A stretch of 63,360 bases of DNA from Octopus bimaculoides (GCF_001194135.2 NC_069000.1:3320484-3383843), one strand, 5' to 3'; counted from the stretch's first letter, positions 27,018 through 41,888 are shown. The notes: generated by a model from the sequence alone, not told the origin. Translations and numbers: made by a program.

Positions 27018-27523
27018 GTAAGATATAATAAATGAGGAAAGACACAGAAATATGAAGAATGAGAAAGAGAAGAAAATATGGCGAAAAGGAGAGATAGGAG
27101 AGAATAGAATGGGGAGCAGAGAAAGAATAAATAAGAGTTCGATACATAGATAAAAGCAGATGCTGTAGAAAAATTATACAAACATATATACAGATAGAGA
27201 GAGAGAGATAGAGAGAGTGCGAGGGAGCGAGAGTAAAAAGTGCGGGAAAGTAATAGAGAGGTGTAAATGAAGAAAAGCAGAAGATAGCAAAAAGTTGCTT
27301 AATCAAAGAAAAGGTGGGAGGAAGTGTTAGAGTGAGGAGAGGGGAAAGCAGTAAAGCAGACGATAGCAAAATATACATACATGTGTATGTGTGTAAGTAT
27401 AAATGTGTATACGTATATGTGCCTAAATATGCGTGCATATAGTAAAGAATGGTGTGGGGAAAGTAATAGGGAGATTTGAGTAAAGCAGACGATAAGCCAA
27501 AGACACACAAACAATACACGTGT

Positions 27524-27566
<43 letters not shown>

Positions 27567-27851
27567 CGTGCGTGTGTGTGTGTAAAAGGACAGGAGAAAG
27601 AAGAGTTAGAGAAGATGGGGAAAGCGGTTTCGTGAAAATGGAAGAGACTTCAGATGTAAAGGTTGAATGGCACGCTACAACGACAGAAGTGTTGTATGTT
27701 TGTGTTTTACCCCAAACTGTTCTCAAGTGTATAAACCTATAACAACAGCAAGTTAGAAGGAGGAGGATGATATCAAAGGTTGTTTAACGGCGGCTAGAAG
27801 TGAGCAGATCAAATAAATAGCAACACACGCAAACATCATGGCGTATGTATA

Positions 27852-27893
<42 letters not shown>

Positions 27894-28001
27894 TGTATAT
27901 GGACGTCTGTGTGCGTGTATATACGTACGTGTATCTTTACATATGTACCCATGTTTATGTACGTGTATACATGTGTGTGTATATCTGCGAGACAAAGACA
28001 C

Positions 28002-28059
<58 letters not shown>

Positions 28060-28211
28060 AGAGAGAGAGAGAGAAAGATAGAGTGCGTTGCTATGTGAAG
28101 ATTCTTCTACAGCAACAAGACGAAAAATTGGACAACAAAGGAAAACAGAAAACACCATGTTCATCGACGCCATTAGCATCATCACGTTCATTTTTTAAAA
28201 ATTGTTTCTCA

Positions 28212-28390
28212 AAGCGGTGAGCTGGCAAAATCGGTAACGAGTCCGACAAAATTGCTTGGCAGCATCTCTTCCAGCAATTTACGTTCTGAGTTCAAATTCT
28301 GTTTGTGCCAACTTTGACGGTCATCCTATCGGTGTTGATAAAATGTAGTCCCTTCCCCATCAAAATTGCTGAGCCCATCACTATTTCCGA
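28212..28390 (+). mobile_element. SINE family B
   Basis: AAGCGGTGAGCTGGCAAAATCGGTAAC...ACGTTCTGAGTTCAAATT...CATCCTATCGGTGTTGATAAAAT...AAAATTGCTG. Confidence 0.8.
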
Positions 28391-28519
28391 TACCAGTACC
28401 TGAATAGCCATAGATATTCTACAAATCGTTGATGGGAGATTCGGCTGTTATCGCGCTGCTGGACATCTGTCACTGACGGGTCCATGGCACGCTGAAATTC
28501 CGTGATCTGGTAGTTCTGG

Positions 28520-28650
28520 TCGCTGTAGTAGACGCTTCTCGTCTACCAACGAGATAACGAAGAGTACTTTCATGCAGCACAAGTCTATATCCGAGATCCT
28601 CTCGACGCAAATCACGCAGGATTCTGTGTTCTAACACCACATCTACCTTA
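28520..28650 (-). mobile_element. Possible decayed RTE-like LINE 3' fragment
   Basis: Minus-strand frame reads VDVVLEHRILRDLRREDLGYRLVLHEST, loosely like the W.EVV..DL..LGL....DR..W end of RTE ORF2. Confidence 0.35.
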
Positions 28651-28699
28651 AGTTAGACATCAAAATTGCCTTTTAGAAAGAATTATTTTATCCCTGCTT

Positions 28700-29110
28700 T
28701 TTTCCCCCCTATATATACCCAACAAGATCATTGTTGGGGTGCAGTTATCATCAATGTCAACATTATGAATGAACATTTTCTTCCTCGTCGTTGTCATCAG
28801 CTCGCTCACCATCTCCTTCTTCCCCACCATCATAATCTTCGTGATCACTTAATTATCAACATCACACTCATCGTTAATCTGCTCCTTCGCGTCTTACTTT
28901 ATTCTTAACATTTTCCCGCAATCATCGTCATCATCATCACGATCAGTATTATTCACATTGCTACCTCAAACACCACTGCAACTCTCATCATCATCACAGT
29001 TGTTATGCTCAACTTCACTTTTACTAACCTCCTCCTCTCCCTCATTATCAAGTTCATAATTTAACTCCGCCCACACTGCCTCCAACATTATCAGTACTGT
29101 CCTTAGATTG
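28700..29110. repeat. Degenerate (CAT/CCT/CTT)n low-complexity tract
   Basis: Direct reading. Confidence 0.7.
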
Positions 29111-29276
29111 ATCATCACCTTCGCTCTTAGCAGTGTCAGGGCACTCCCTTGAGGAAAACAAGTCCTGCCTCTTTAATCAAATTAGTTTCGCTTATTAAAC
29201 AGCATTTTGCTGCTCTATTTATTCGTTGTTGCTGTTATTTATGATGTTTTGATTTTATGTTAATACAATTAAAACA

Positions 29277-29482
29277 GCGCACTGGGAGAACGGTTAACCC
29301 GTCGGAGAAAATGCTTAGAGGTATTTGTTCCGGCCTTACGTTCTGACGTGAAAATTTTAGTCGTCCCAGGGTCTATATTGAAAACACTTGCTAAATCTGC
29401 TATACTATGAGACTGAACTCAAGGTCACAATTTTTGGAGGTAAACTTCTAAATCACAGAGCCACTCCTGCGCGTGTAAACAC
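29277..29482. mobile_element. Family B SINE head (+, ~29277-29350) abutting a family A SINE head (-, ~29370-29482)
   Basis: GCACTGGGAGAACGGTTAACCCGTCGGAGAAAATGCTTAG; reverse complement GCGCAGGAGTGGCTCTGTGATTTAGAAG...GAGTTCAGTCTC. Confidence 0.6.
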
Positions 29483-29599
29483 GCCATTTATGTTGTTGGG
29501 TAGCATTTTTATACAAACTAAATGTACAAATCTAGACAGACAAGTAGGAAGAGAGGAAGATGGAGAATTAGATGGATGTAGGGAGAGAGAGACGGAGAG

Positions 29600-29687
29600 A
29601 AAGAGATAGATAGATAGATAGGAAAGAGATGGAGGGAAAGAGATGGAGGGAAAGAGATGGAGGGAAAGAGATGGAGGGAAAGAGATG

Positions 29688-29732
<45 letters not shown>

Positions 29733-29735
29733 CGC
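29600..29735. repeat. 14-bp tandem (GGAAAGAGATGGAG) x4+ flanked by (GATA)n
   Basis: Direct reading. Confidence 0.9.
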
Positions 29736-30737
29736 CAATTCAAGGCGACTACACTGAATCGTCTACTGTCTGCTAAAAAAAATATGTCCTCTAGAATATG
29801 TTAGCAATGGAAAATAAAACCATCACAAATGATGTCTGCCTCAAAATGTCGGATTACAACAATTGTACGATAAAATTAACGCTTGTAAAATAAATTTGAT
29901 ATTCGTTCAAGTCCTGCAGCCCAAGGTGAAATAAATAATACGATAATTATAATCTAGTTCACTTTGGAAAACATTAAAAAATCTCAGATATTTTCGTTCC
30001 TAATAATTGCTAAATAAAGTCTTGGAACTCGGACCAAATTTCCTCATATATCATTGGGCTATGTGTTTTTTCTTCGTGTTAGAATTAAAATAAAATAAGA
30101 TAAAATTCTTCACTCACATTATTTTTATTATTAATATATCTTAGATAAATTCTAATTATATGTTGTTTTAAATATAAGCTTTTCTTTCTCTACCCCCACT
30201 TTTTATTATTATTTTATTTGAATTTTATTTTATTTATTTATTTATTTATTTTTTTGTCGATGCGGTAGTTTTAAAGTTTGTATTGACTCAACGTAGCATA
30301 ATATGTAAAATTGTAAAACCTCTGAGGAGAAACATATAGCTTAAATAGATATTTTTACAGTCGAAAGAACTTTTCATTCTAGACAACATTTCCGGTGTGT
30401 CTAATATCCATTAGCGAGTTGAAAGTTAGTGTTTTTGTAAAGACGAAGGAAAATAAAATTGTAATAGAGCATTGATATAGCCTCAAGTTTCGCATCTTTG
30501 CCTATCTCATTCTCTCTCACTTTCTTATATATCGCTCTCTCTATACATATACACATATATGTAGACATACGTATGTAGATATATGCACATATATAATTAC
30601 ATATGAACGTGAGTGTATGCCTATATAATATGTATACACATATATATAACTCATGGAGGTGTTTAGTTGAATAAATATATGCATATGAATACAAATGCAT
30701 GAATATGTAGATGCATACATAAGCATACTATTCGTCC

Positions 30738-30779
<42 letters not shown>

Positions 30780-31544
30780 ATATATATATACACACATATA
30801 CATGTATACTTATATATGCACACACGTACGAATGGGTATATACATGCATACACATTAGCATGTATATGCATATACATGTCTATGTATACACAAAGACTGG
30901 CACCTACATACACACGCACGTGCGCGTGTGTATGTGTGTGTGTGTGTGTGTGTGTGTAGGTGCCAGTCTTTCAATATATGCATATGTAGAGGTATTGGCT
31001 GGCAGACAGACGTTGAAAACAAACTACTTCCTTATAGTATCTCTTAAGCATAGTAACTACTTTAACTTATATATCTACACACACACACACACACATACAC
31101 ACACACACATGAATATACACGCCTACACATGTATACATTCTTTGACCAGAAATCTTTGGAAGTGGAAAAACCCAGAACTTTCTTCTTTCTTCGACGACAA
31201 ACGCTCAATGGAAACAAAGTATCGTATTACTCACGTACTTTGCAGATAGCCAGAAACCTTGTGTAGCGTTAAAGAAAATAGAAAATGTAATTTAAATCTA
31301 CAAATAATTCAAAACGACTGCTCGCTGTCCTCACGTAAAGTTGACATTTACAAGTTCTATTTATTTTTGATCTCACTCTGTTTATATAAGATAGATAGTA
31401 GCATATTTAGTTTCTAGTCTTCGTTTTTAAAAGTCATGTTATTCTTAATCTACTGGAAGTGAAAGACAGAACACATCGTTACAGCTCCTGAATATAAATG
31501 ATTTCCATATTAAAGGTTTTAGAAATCCGGTAATTTTGAAGCGA

Positions 31545-31698
31545 GATATTTGTCGATACCACTGACCCTACTGGTATTAATTTACTTGACTTTGGAAGGA
31601 TAAAAGCGAAAATTGAACTCGGCATTATTTGAACTGAAAACTGTCTGAAGTAAATATCGCAATTTTGTCCGATGTTTTAATGATTCTGCTAAAACGCC
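31545..31698 (-). mobile_element. SINE family B, degenerate
   Basis: CTGGTATTAATTTACTTGACTTTGGAAGGATAAAAGCGAAAATTGAACTCGGC...GATTCTGCTAAAACGCC is the reverse complement of the family B head and centre. Confidence 0.7.
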
Positions 31699-31835
31699 AT
31701 ACATTGAGGTCACAAAATATTGTTTGTGCCGGAAGAAATATGGGGAATTCTCTAAGCGATGTTTATTAACAATTCGTTTGAGGTCTCGCTAGGTTCTATG
31801 TTGGAATAATCAAAACTTGTTACTTTTGGGGATTT

Positions 31836-31912
31836 CATGGTGCCCCGCAGTGGGACTGAACGCGGAACCATATTGTTGGGAAGCAAGCTTCTTACCACAC
31901 AGCCCCGCCTGC
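31836..31912 (-). mobile_element. SINE family A tRNA-like head
   Basis: Reverse complement CGCAGGCGGGGCTGTGTGGTAAGAAGCTTGCTTCCCAAC...GGTTCCGCGTTCAGTCCCACTGCG. Confidence 0.8.
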
Positions 31913-33039
31913 GACTACATATTACGCGTGCGTGTACATCAAATGCTTACTCCTCTCTCAAGAATTAAATTCCTTATATAGCAACACATTACCTACTGAA
32001 TATATTGAAAACATTGAATCTGTTAACATTAGAACCTAATTTTCCAGCCAAGAATCTCGGATCATTTATGTGACATATCCGTTGTTTGGAACTCCCTTTA
32101 ATATTGAATGCTGTGTATTTTACATGCATTCTTCCCTGCATTCAATTAACTCTTTATTCCTCCTGCACAATACAATTCTTTATCATTATCCCTTTTATTA
32201 TTATTATGATTATTATTATTATTATTATTATTATTATCCTTTGCACTATCTCTTTTGCAATCTGTGACCCGAGTGTGACATGGACGAAGTTCATGTTTTT
32301 TTTCTGTCATTATTTATTTATAATTTCCTAATGTCAGCCCAACCTCTAGAGTACAACATGTTTATGTGATATCACATCACATGACATTGTATACGTGTCT
32401 TTTGTCATAAGTGATATTGTTCTGTTCTGCACAGCGATTACCATGGATTCACTGAATACGATCTGAAGAAGCAAAACAAACTAAAACAAATAATAACATT
32501 TTTGGATGGGAACATCATGTCGCTTCATATTTTAACGGTGAAGGTACATAGGCATGCATACGTCTCTGTGTGTGTTTGTGTATACAAGTAAATACATAGA
32601 TAGACAGAGAGAGGGAGAGAAAGGAATAGTGAGGTAGAGACATACAGATAGAAACATATACACATACATATAGACATATGGAGATGTAACTAGAGAGACA
32701 GATCTATAAATAGATAGACCGATAGAATGATAGACCGATAGATAGATGGATAAATAGATAGATAGATGCGATTGCATGCAACTGAAGTTAAGATGCTTGC
32801 AACTATATGGTTACATGTCATGAACAGATGTCTTCTGTTATTGCCCTGGGACACTTTCAAGCCTCTTAAAAAATGCTGTTCTGCATACGTTCCCGCTATG
32901 TAGCTCTTTGGCGAAAAAATCGTATCATAAAGTCATATATACCTCACGCAAACCCATAACTACAATGGTCAATTTGTCCAACTTCCCTTCCGAAGAGATA
33001 CTTTAGGATGACCACAGTCCAATAGCTGAAACGTGTACA

Positions 33040-33190
33040 ATAACATTCAACAGGCGTCGGTATGTTTACGTCCGTGTAATAGCATTTCGACGAAAGCGAA
33101 ATGACAGAGTAAGTAGCGATCTTAAATATTGGGGTGGAATTTTTCGACTAAACCCTCTCAGATGATGTCCCAGCATAGCTGCAGTACACC
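33040..33190 (+). mobile_element. SINE family A tail half, degenerate
   Basis: TGTTTACGTCCGTGTAATAGCATTTCGACGAAAG...ACAGAGTAAGTA...GTCCCAGCATAGCTGCAG. Confidence 0.6.
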
Positions 33191-34584
33191 GTCCCAAAAT
33201 ATATATTTTGAAGTGGTGCACAAAGGAGGTTGTCAGGATATGGATACAAACTATTCATTTAGCGCATTTGTCACTCGCGAGTGAAGTGGGAGATGCGTAA
33301 ACTGTGACTTTATAGAAGACAGTGAAATGAATTGAACCTGTGGTGCAAAGATTCTTACATTTGGAGCAGGCTCTGCAATACACGACTTGCTTTGCATTCA
33401 AGTTCAATTAGGACGATGAAGATTCGAGAAAACCCTTCGGCGTTCATGATTTAAAGACAAGAAAGTATATCATCATTTTCTTACACACTCAAGTGTGTGT
33501 GTTTGTGTGTAGATATATAGCATAACAATGTTTAATGGTTATATAAGTAGGCCTTCATTTTTCAAACAAGACAAGCTTATACAGGAATCACCAGAACTTT
33601 CAGTATTTCTTGAAGGATGTACAGCTATACAAACACATGCACACATAGAGACGTGTGTATGCGTGTATGTGTTCATGCAATATGTATATCTTACACATAT
33701 GTAACTTCACATGTATATATGTACATGTGTACTTATAAACATATAGATACATATGCACATATATATATATATATGTGTGAGTGTGTGTAGAATATCTGAA
33801 ATGTTTATTATATGCATGCATGTTTGTGTATATTTATATAATATTTGAAATTTTTATCATGTGCGTACGTGTGTGTGTGAGAGAGAGAGAGATTCTTTAA
33901 TCGCTTCTTCTCCTTGCGGCGGTGTATGAAACATCATTGACATATTTCGTTCACCCAGCCCTCTTAGCTGCCATTGCAACGGAATACATCAACACAGATA
34001 CAATTATCTACGCCAACAGATACACTTATTTACGAGAATGTAGGTGTGCATGCATGTACACACCTGTGTCTATATATATATAGACACACACGCATACATA
34101 TATAGAATGTTTATCTGTCTACTTAAAGATCTTTGTTTCCTTTAAGGAACGCAGTAAATTTAAAGCTAGGAGAACTTCACTATTTCCTAAAGGCTTTAAA
34201 GTGATAAGTGAACCTCTATCAATCGATAAACTTTATGTAGGTCATATTTTCTATTTTTCTTTACATTCTACCTGCTTAATATTGTTAACACAAGAGTGTG
34301 TCTATATTTAGGTTTGTGCGTGCCGAAAGGATCGTTTCCATGTGTGTCTTCTTATGTTTTCTCTATGTGCTTGGGACTAGATTGTGCGCAGTTTTCTAGA
34401 GAATATTGATCGTGTTGTAATTGTGTAAAATAACTATAAATATTATCTTCAAAACTGTATCTAAAGACGCGTCCACTAAATACATATTTGTGTTCGTGTA
34501 GGCAGGCGCACGCACGTATACGAAGGAAGATATCATTTGTTTGCGCATGTACACACACAAACATTCTTATATTTTACCTTTCAC

Positions 34585-34790
34585 TTCTTCCAGTCATGCT
34601 CAGGCACTGTGTTGAAAATTTATAGTCGAACGAATCGATCCCAGTACACGTTTTTAAGAGTAATAATTATTCCATCGAGTCTTTTTGCCGAACCACTAGT
34701 TTACGGACACCCAAATATGCCAGCACTGGTTGTCACACCATGGCGAAGGATAAACGCAGTGAAAAGGACATATACATGACGGGCTGCCTT
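34585..34790 (-). mobile_element. SINE family A body and tail
   Basis: TCTTTTTGCCGAACCACTAGTTTACGGACAC...CATGACGGGCTGCCTT. Confidence 0.7.
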
Positions 34791-36598
34791 CCTTCCTATA
34801 TATATCGTGCGTGTTACAGAAATGCGCTTATGTTCACACACCACTGCTTACTGACATCAAACCAAATAGTGTAGCGTGCGAAATTGCAGTCACATTATAC
34901 TACTAATGAACATGGAAAACTTTATAGGTATTTATAAGCTTTATAAAAGATACACATGTTTCAGTAAATCTAGTGTCGTTATTGCGTTATTTAGAAGCCC
35001 CTAGGCAAGGGTAGAATCTACGGATTGAAGGTGTCGCACAGGAAAATCGAAACGCGAAATTATAGTATTCACTTCCAAATCATCATTGCAGCGTCACAAA
35101 CATACTTGTGTGTGTGTGTGTGTGTGTGTTTATGTGAGTGTGTCTGTGTGTGCCTTTGCGTGAGAGAACTTTCTCCGTTTCCAGTTTTTTAATCCGGAAA
35201 GACGCAGCACTACAATGAACGGATCAGACCACGATTCACGTATAAGTCGCTTACACCACGTGACCTTTCGAGGAGATTAAATTTTGCGAAAATAATAAAA
35301 TTAATATGAAGAACAACCAGAACGATAGCATTGATCACGTCGATGATGATGATGATGACGATGACGACGACTATGTTGATTATACTCATAAAGATAAATA
35401 TGATAAAATGTAGGAGGAATGGAAGGAGAAGAATAAGAAGCGTGGGGAGTAAAATCGGTTTTACAGTCGCCATTGCATGATGTTCGGCGTGAGAACAGAA
35501 AATTCATTCGCTAATCTATTATTGTTGAAAGTCTATAGCTGAAAATTGGAAACTGCTAACGGTAAAGATAAAAACAAACCACACGCATACCGACACACAA
35601 CCATCTATACGATCGCAAATATATACACACACGCACACAGATATATAGATATGAACATGTATATACACACATGTATACATATGCGTACACACATTCATAT
35701 ACAGAATTTATATAAATACACACAAACACACACGTACCTACACGTGCATGTATATATAGTGGCATATACACATACAGGTACACTCACACACACATATACA
35801 TGTGCACACATATATACACACACATATATACATATATATACATGTACACACACACACATATACATGTACACACACATATACATGTACACACACATACACA
35901 AATATACATGTACACACACAGACGAAAATATGAACGTATAAGCGCGTGCATGTATTTCATATATATATATATATATGCATATATATGTACCTGTATATAT
36001 ATGCACATATGTATATACGTATATGTATCTGTGTATGCACGTGCGTGAGTATGTACACACACACACACACACACACACGCACGCACAGTTATCGGATATG
36101 TGTACTTACTTATAGAGAAGAGAAAATACCAGTAGCAACCTATGACAGCGTTGCTCGATATTGCAATACCAAAGAATTAATAAAGATATTCCTGGAGAAT
36201 GGTATGACGTCTTTACACTATTTTCTTTTGCATGTTTTCGTCAAAGCGTATTAAGCAAAATATGATTAAATACAACGTGATTTGAACGAGAGAGACGGAG
36301 AAAAAGAGCGAGAGAGAGAGAGAAAGAGTGAGTCAAAGAGAGACAGAGTCAAAGAGAGACAGAGACACAGAGTAAGATGATTGGTAAAGTAGATTATGCC
36401 GAAATCCACATCTATACGATATCATTCGTTGATTGATGTGTGTGTGTGTGTGTGGAGATGATTAACATGAGAAACTCTGCTAAACAATGTCTTGGAAAAT
36501 GTATAATGGAGAGACGGTCTACCGCAGAAGTAATCTATATAGTACCTCTTTTATACGATACGGATATCATACATATACAAATGACAGTAGCATGCAAA

Positions 36599-36642
<44 letters not shown>

Positions 36643-36783
36643 TATATATAATGCAAGTAGAAATGTTTTATATATATATAATCACTTATATCTGTATGTT
36701 TTATCGTGTTTGTGTCTCGAATATACGTTTGCGTGTAAGGCCATTGTCGTAGCATTTCAAAGCAACGCCTTCTCGCTCTTACT

Positions 36784-36816
<33 letters not shown>

Positions 36817-37444
36817 GTGTGGTGGTGGTCAGGCTGGTGGTGTTCTTTACCCTTTCTTCTCCTTCAGCATCTTTAGGTTCGTTTCTCTAAAGACCAAATC
36901 CGCAAAGAGATGCTCTGCATTGAAACCTTGCTAAACCCGAAATCGATTCAAATCCTCATTAGTTTGTAGAATTTACGTAACACACAAAGCTCCTTTAACG
37001 CGATTATAAAACTCTATATCTCTTTGGCTTTCACAAAGCATGTTGAAAATAAAATTTTCTCGTTTAAAAGTTCTGCTCTTTAAAATTGTTATATGATTAT
37101 TATTATTATTATTTACGGAAAATAAGGTCAAAATATTTTGAGAATTTCTCTTCTGCCTTACTCCTTTAACTCTGCCATAGTGTGCAAACGACATATTTCA
37201 GTCATTTTTCTGTGGTCATAATTTCTTTAGATGTAGAGGTCACCCACCGTAATTTTGTTTTCAAGCTGGGATGAGGGAACTCTTCTATTTCATGTGGCTG
37301 AAGAAGCATTTTAAATTTCGTACGTCAAACATTTGTCTACTCTGTGTATTACATACGATACATTGGACAGGCAAGGTGTACCACGGGTGATACCAATGAC
37401 AGGGTGCTGCATGATATATGATGTTTGGGCGCCAGAAAGTATAT

Positions 37445-37634
37445 TCTTTTACTTGTTTCAGTTATTTGGCTGCGGCCATGCTGGAACACCGTCTTTGTTC
37501 GAGCAAATCGACCCCAGGATTTATTGTTTGTAAGCCTAGTACTTATTCTACTGGTCTCTTTTGCCAAGCTACGCAAAGTTACGGAGACGTAAACACACCA
37601 ACATCGGTTGTCAAGCGACGGTGGGGTGACACAA

Positions 37635-37674
<40 letters not shown>

Positions 37675-37790
37675 TTGTGTATATATATATATATATATAT
37701 AACGGGCTTTTTCACTTTCCATCTATCAAATCCACTCACAAGGCTTTGGTCAGCCCTTGTCTATAACAGAAGACACTTGCACAAGCTATT
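37445..37790 (-). mobile_element. SINE family A, near full length, with internal (TA)n
   Basis: CTTTTACTTGTTTCAGTTATTTGGCTGCGGCCATGCTGGAACACC through ATCCACTCACAAGGCTTTGGTC...AGAAGACACTTGC. Confidence 0.85.
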
Positions 37791-38471
37791 TAGCAACCTA
37801 ACACACGGCCAATTCTGCGCCTATATGATAGACATATCTTTTTCTTTTTTTTTTTTCAATCGCCTCAGTAACTTGGAGTTTATAAAAATGAAAGCTTTAT
37901 AATACTAAATACGCATGGAAGTGTAAAAACAAACATGGACCTTTAGGAAAAACTTCTAAAAATGCTTTAGACAGACAAACGAAACCACCTGACTCCTCCT
38001 TGACTCTCTCTCTCTCTGTTTTCACTCTCCCTGCCACGAAATCTCACTAACGCCATCACTTTCATTTTACTCTCCTCCATCTTCCTTCCATCACTCATTC
38101 TCACTTTCTTTTTCCTCTCTGACAATCCAATATTTCCCTCACACTATATTTCATCCATCGCTTCACTCTTTCCTAACCAAATTCCGTTTTATTTTTCACG
38201 TTCTAATCGCATTTCGCCGCCATTTTAGTCTCTCCCAAATTATACCAAATCACTTGCTACCTCTCTTAAACATTAACTTCAACCTCCACCCCTCATTCAT
38301 TACACAATACAACCACATCTTTCTGCACCAGCCTAAATTCATTTAATTACAAACACACATAACTAATTTCCGTAAAGCATGACGTGGTTACGCATATATA
38401 TATGTAGGTAGGTAGATAGGTGAGCAGGAGATAGGCAGACATCAAAGTATATTTCTGTTTGTACATACTCA

Positions 38472-38520
<49 letters not shown>

Positions 38521-38847
38521 TGAATATCTCCGTATGTATCTGAGAATAGATATGCACGAATACTCACACACACACACACAAACAAACATATTCTTACATA
38601 TATAAATATATGAATACAGTATACCTACACGTGCATTTAAAAGTGATATGAACATTATATATACATTATATGCAAATACACACGTATACGCCTTTTTTTG
38701 TGAATTTTCCCCCTATACATATTCAATACATACACGTATACAATATATATTTATATACAGACATATGTATACATTTATTAGTACATATATATATATATAT
38801 ATATGTCTGTGTACTGAAATATCTTCACACACACAGATATATATGTA

Positions 38848-38915
<68 letters not shown>

Positions 38916-40509
38916 ATATATATATAGATATATATATATATATCTTACATAGTTTCACGCTCGCTTTGATCGTGATGGCAAGTACAATATGACATTTACA
39001 ATACCATTTACTTCCTCAACAGGTTATAACGACATTTTGTGTACTATTCTTTCAGGAATAAAACTAAAACCATACAACCATCAAAGCGCCTGAGCGTATT
39101 CGTGCATGTGTGTGTATTGGTGTGAGCCAGTGAGTAAATGAGAGCTAGTATGTATGTGTATGCGTGTGTGTGCGTTTCTGGATGTTTCTGGTTTTATATG
39201 TGTGTGTGTTTTACATATCTTTTATGTATCATGTCTAAGCATTACTTCACACTTGTATTCCCCATCGGTTAACCTTATGCGAAGTGCAAGTCATCTTGAT
39301 ATCCGCTGGTATATAGAAATATACACACACGGATGTACAAACACGCGCATACATATATATATGTCTATGCACATTCATATATACTTAGTTATACCTACAA
39401 AAGTTTCTTATATACACACACACACACACACACATACATTTGTACACCCACATAGGTATGTATATATGCATACATTATACATATATGTATGTATATGCAT
39501 GCATACATATATATATATATATATATATATAGGCACACACGACGCACACTGTATATATCCACATTCACACATACTATATATATATATATACCTATATATA
39601 TTTGAACCATACATATTCATATACATTACGTATATTTATTTACACAGATTTCTGTGCATGCTTATATGTATATACGCTATACAACATGCGTATATACATA
39701 TGCATTTGTATAGCTTCAAATCACATACATCTATACATATCGTTGAATCTTCTTCTAAAGGTTACACTGACATTTTATTTCCAGCTTCGGGGTTTTTATA
39801 AAACATATCAAATTCGAAATATATCGAAGCCTAATACAAATCAGTAATAGACACACATATGAGAACCTTGTATCACGAAAATTATTGGCAGATCCTCGCA
39901 AACGTTGATTTTATGCTCATAAATTCTTGCTCGTTTGTAATTTTTTTGGATTAGTTAGCTTGAGACCTTAGACACGTGCAGAAAATTGAGTTTGTTAAAA
40001 GCAGTAAAATATCAGATTCGATAGAGGATATGCTCTCCAGTTATCTCTGTTTAAGCCGTTGTATATAAACTTGATTATATTTTTATATTTTTAACACCAA
40101 TTAAATACACAAGTAATCCACATTAAATTTCAAAGACAAAAATCTATAAAGTTTCGTCATATCAAAAGTAATTTATATTTCTGTCAATTTATATTACAGC
40201 AGAGTAATTGATTAACGTGGACAGCAGTTGTAGCAGTGACTGAAACAGCAGCAGAAAGCGGTGGCACAGAAGGTGTCATGGTAGCAGCAACAGCAATTCC
40301 ATTATCCATCATGATTTTGTCTTTTTCTTTCTTTAGCATCGTTGCTCTCGTTATCAGGGTCGACGTGGTCATCGGTCATCATTTATATCGTTGTCATTGT
40401 CATCATCACCATCGTCGTCTCAGATATAATCAAACCCATCCTCATCATCATTATCATCATCATTGTCATCATCATCATCATTATCGCTGGCGCAGTCGTT
40501 GTTATTCTG

Positions 40510-40640
40510 TGAGGGAAGCTGGTTGTTCGATAGACGGAAACTTTGTGGAATCCCATCGTGAAAAGTATGTGTAGTGCCATACCTCTCTATCACCGCTTGG
40601 CAGTTGTTGGTTTCTTTACATACACGTACCTTAGTTGTTC
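40510..40640 (+). mobile_element. SINE family A internal fragment
   Basis: GATAGACGGAAACT...CCCATCGTG...CACCGCTTGGCAGTTG matches the family A body. Confidence 0.55.
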
Positions 40641-40857
40641 GTCCAAACAGCTCTGAACATTTAAAGGAGGGGAATAAAAATAAGCGCGGGCGTCGATTTC
40701 TTCGGCGAAAATGCTCAACACACCACGTTCGTATGGTATTTTCAGTCATATAAATCGACGTTTTATTTTAGCGTAAACGTGTAGTTTAAACATTCAAGTA
40801 CCGTCATTATTTTTCCAATTCCAGCTGCATTTCACATAGAATTTCTGGTCCTCCAAA

Positions 40858-40942
40858 CGTTTTGGCGTACAAGCCGACCTACACTTTTTCTTTCGACTAG
40901 ATTTTGGGATGAAAATTCCGACTTTTAGGTCGGAAAATACGG
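40858..40942. mobile_element. Tc2/pogo-like (TcMar) miniature element
   Basis: Right end CCGACTTTTAGGTCGGAAAATACGG resembles pogo/Tc2-type TIRs (CCGTATTTT...); degenerate left end CGTTTTGGCGTACAAGCCGAC. Confidence 0.5.
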
Positions 40943-41592
40943 TTCTCATTTTCAAATGAATTCACAGGATCGAAACGTACTTTTCGATCCAGTTATCAAA
41001 CTCACAAACTCAATATCACAAGCCCATTGCACTAAACACTTAGCCACATTATCACACACGGTCGAAGTATCACCAAATATATGCGTACAAGATTTTTAAA
41101 CCGTTTGGTGGAGGAAAATACAAACGTTTTGTAAAAAAAGAAACAAATCAGACAACGTTTATTATCAATATTATTATTATTATTATTATTATCCGTGTAA
41201 AACGGTGTGAGAAAATTGAGGAAACGACTTCGTATTTCCTGTTAACATTAACCTCCGTATATGTGCAAAATAACAATTTTCCCCTTTGACCTAGTGAATC
41301 AAATCTTGCTGTTTGGATCGGAGATTCTCATTTTTCAACATCAAGTTTAGAGGAATAAAAGACAGAAAGGAAATCTTTAAAAACAAACAAACAAAGAAAC
41401 AAACACTAACGTAAACGACAGAATTCAAAATGGAGGAAATAGTCTTGGAGACATTCTCTAATGTTTTATTCGGATTCTTCATCATTCTTTTTTCTTTTTT
41501 TTTCTTTTTTCATATTCGGTTTTACGGGTTTTTGCAAAGGAGCTCATTCATCACTGTCATATATGAGCATTAGATACAATATCATATATGCA

Positions 41593-41639
<47 letters not shown>

Positions 41640-41842
41640 CGGTTAATTTTAATATGATTTATTGCATTTTGAAGATGTCCTGAATTTTCTTCTACTTTAC
41701 TCTTATTTAAACCAATATATTTCATTTCATTATGAATCTTATATCACCATATATTGTAGTAGACGTAGATAGATAGAAGGTTAGATAGATGTGCTTTTAT
41801 ACATATACATCCATATATACATATACACACATATATACATGC

Positions 41843-41888
<46 letters not shown>

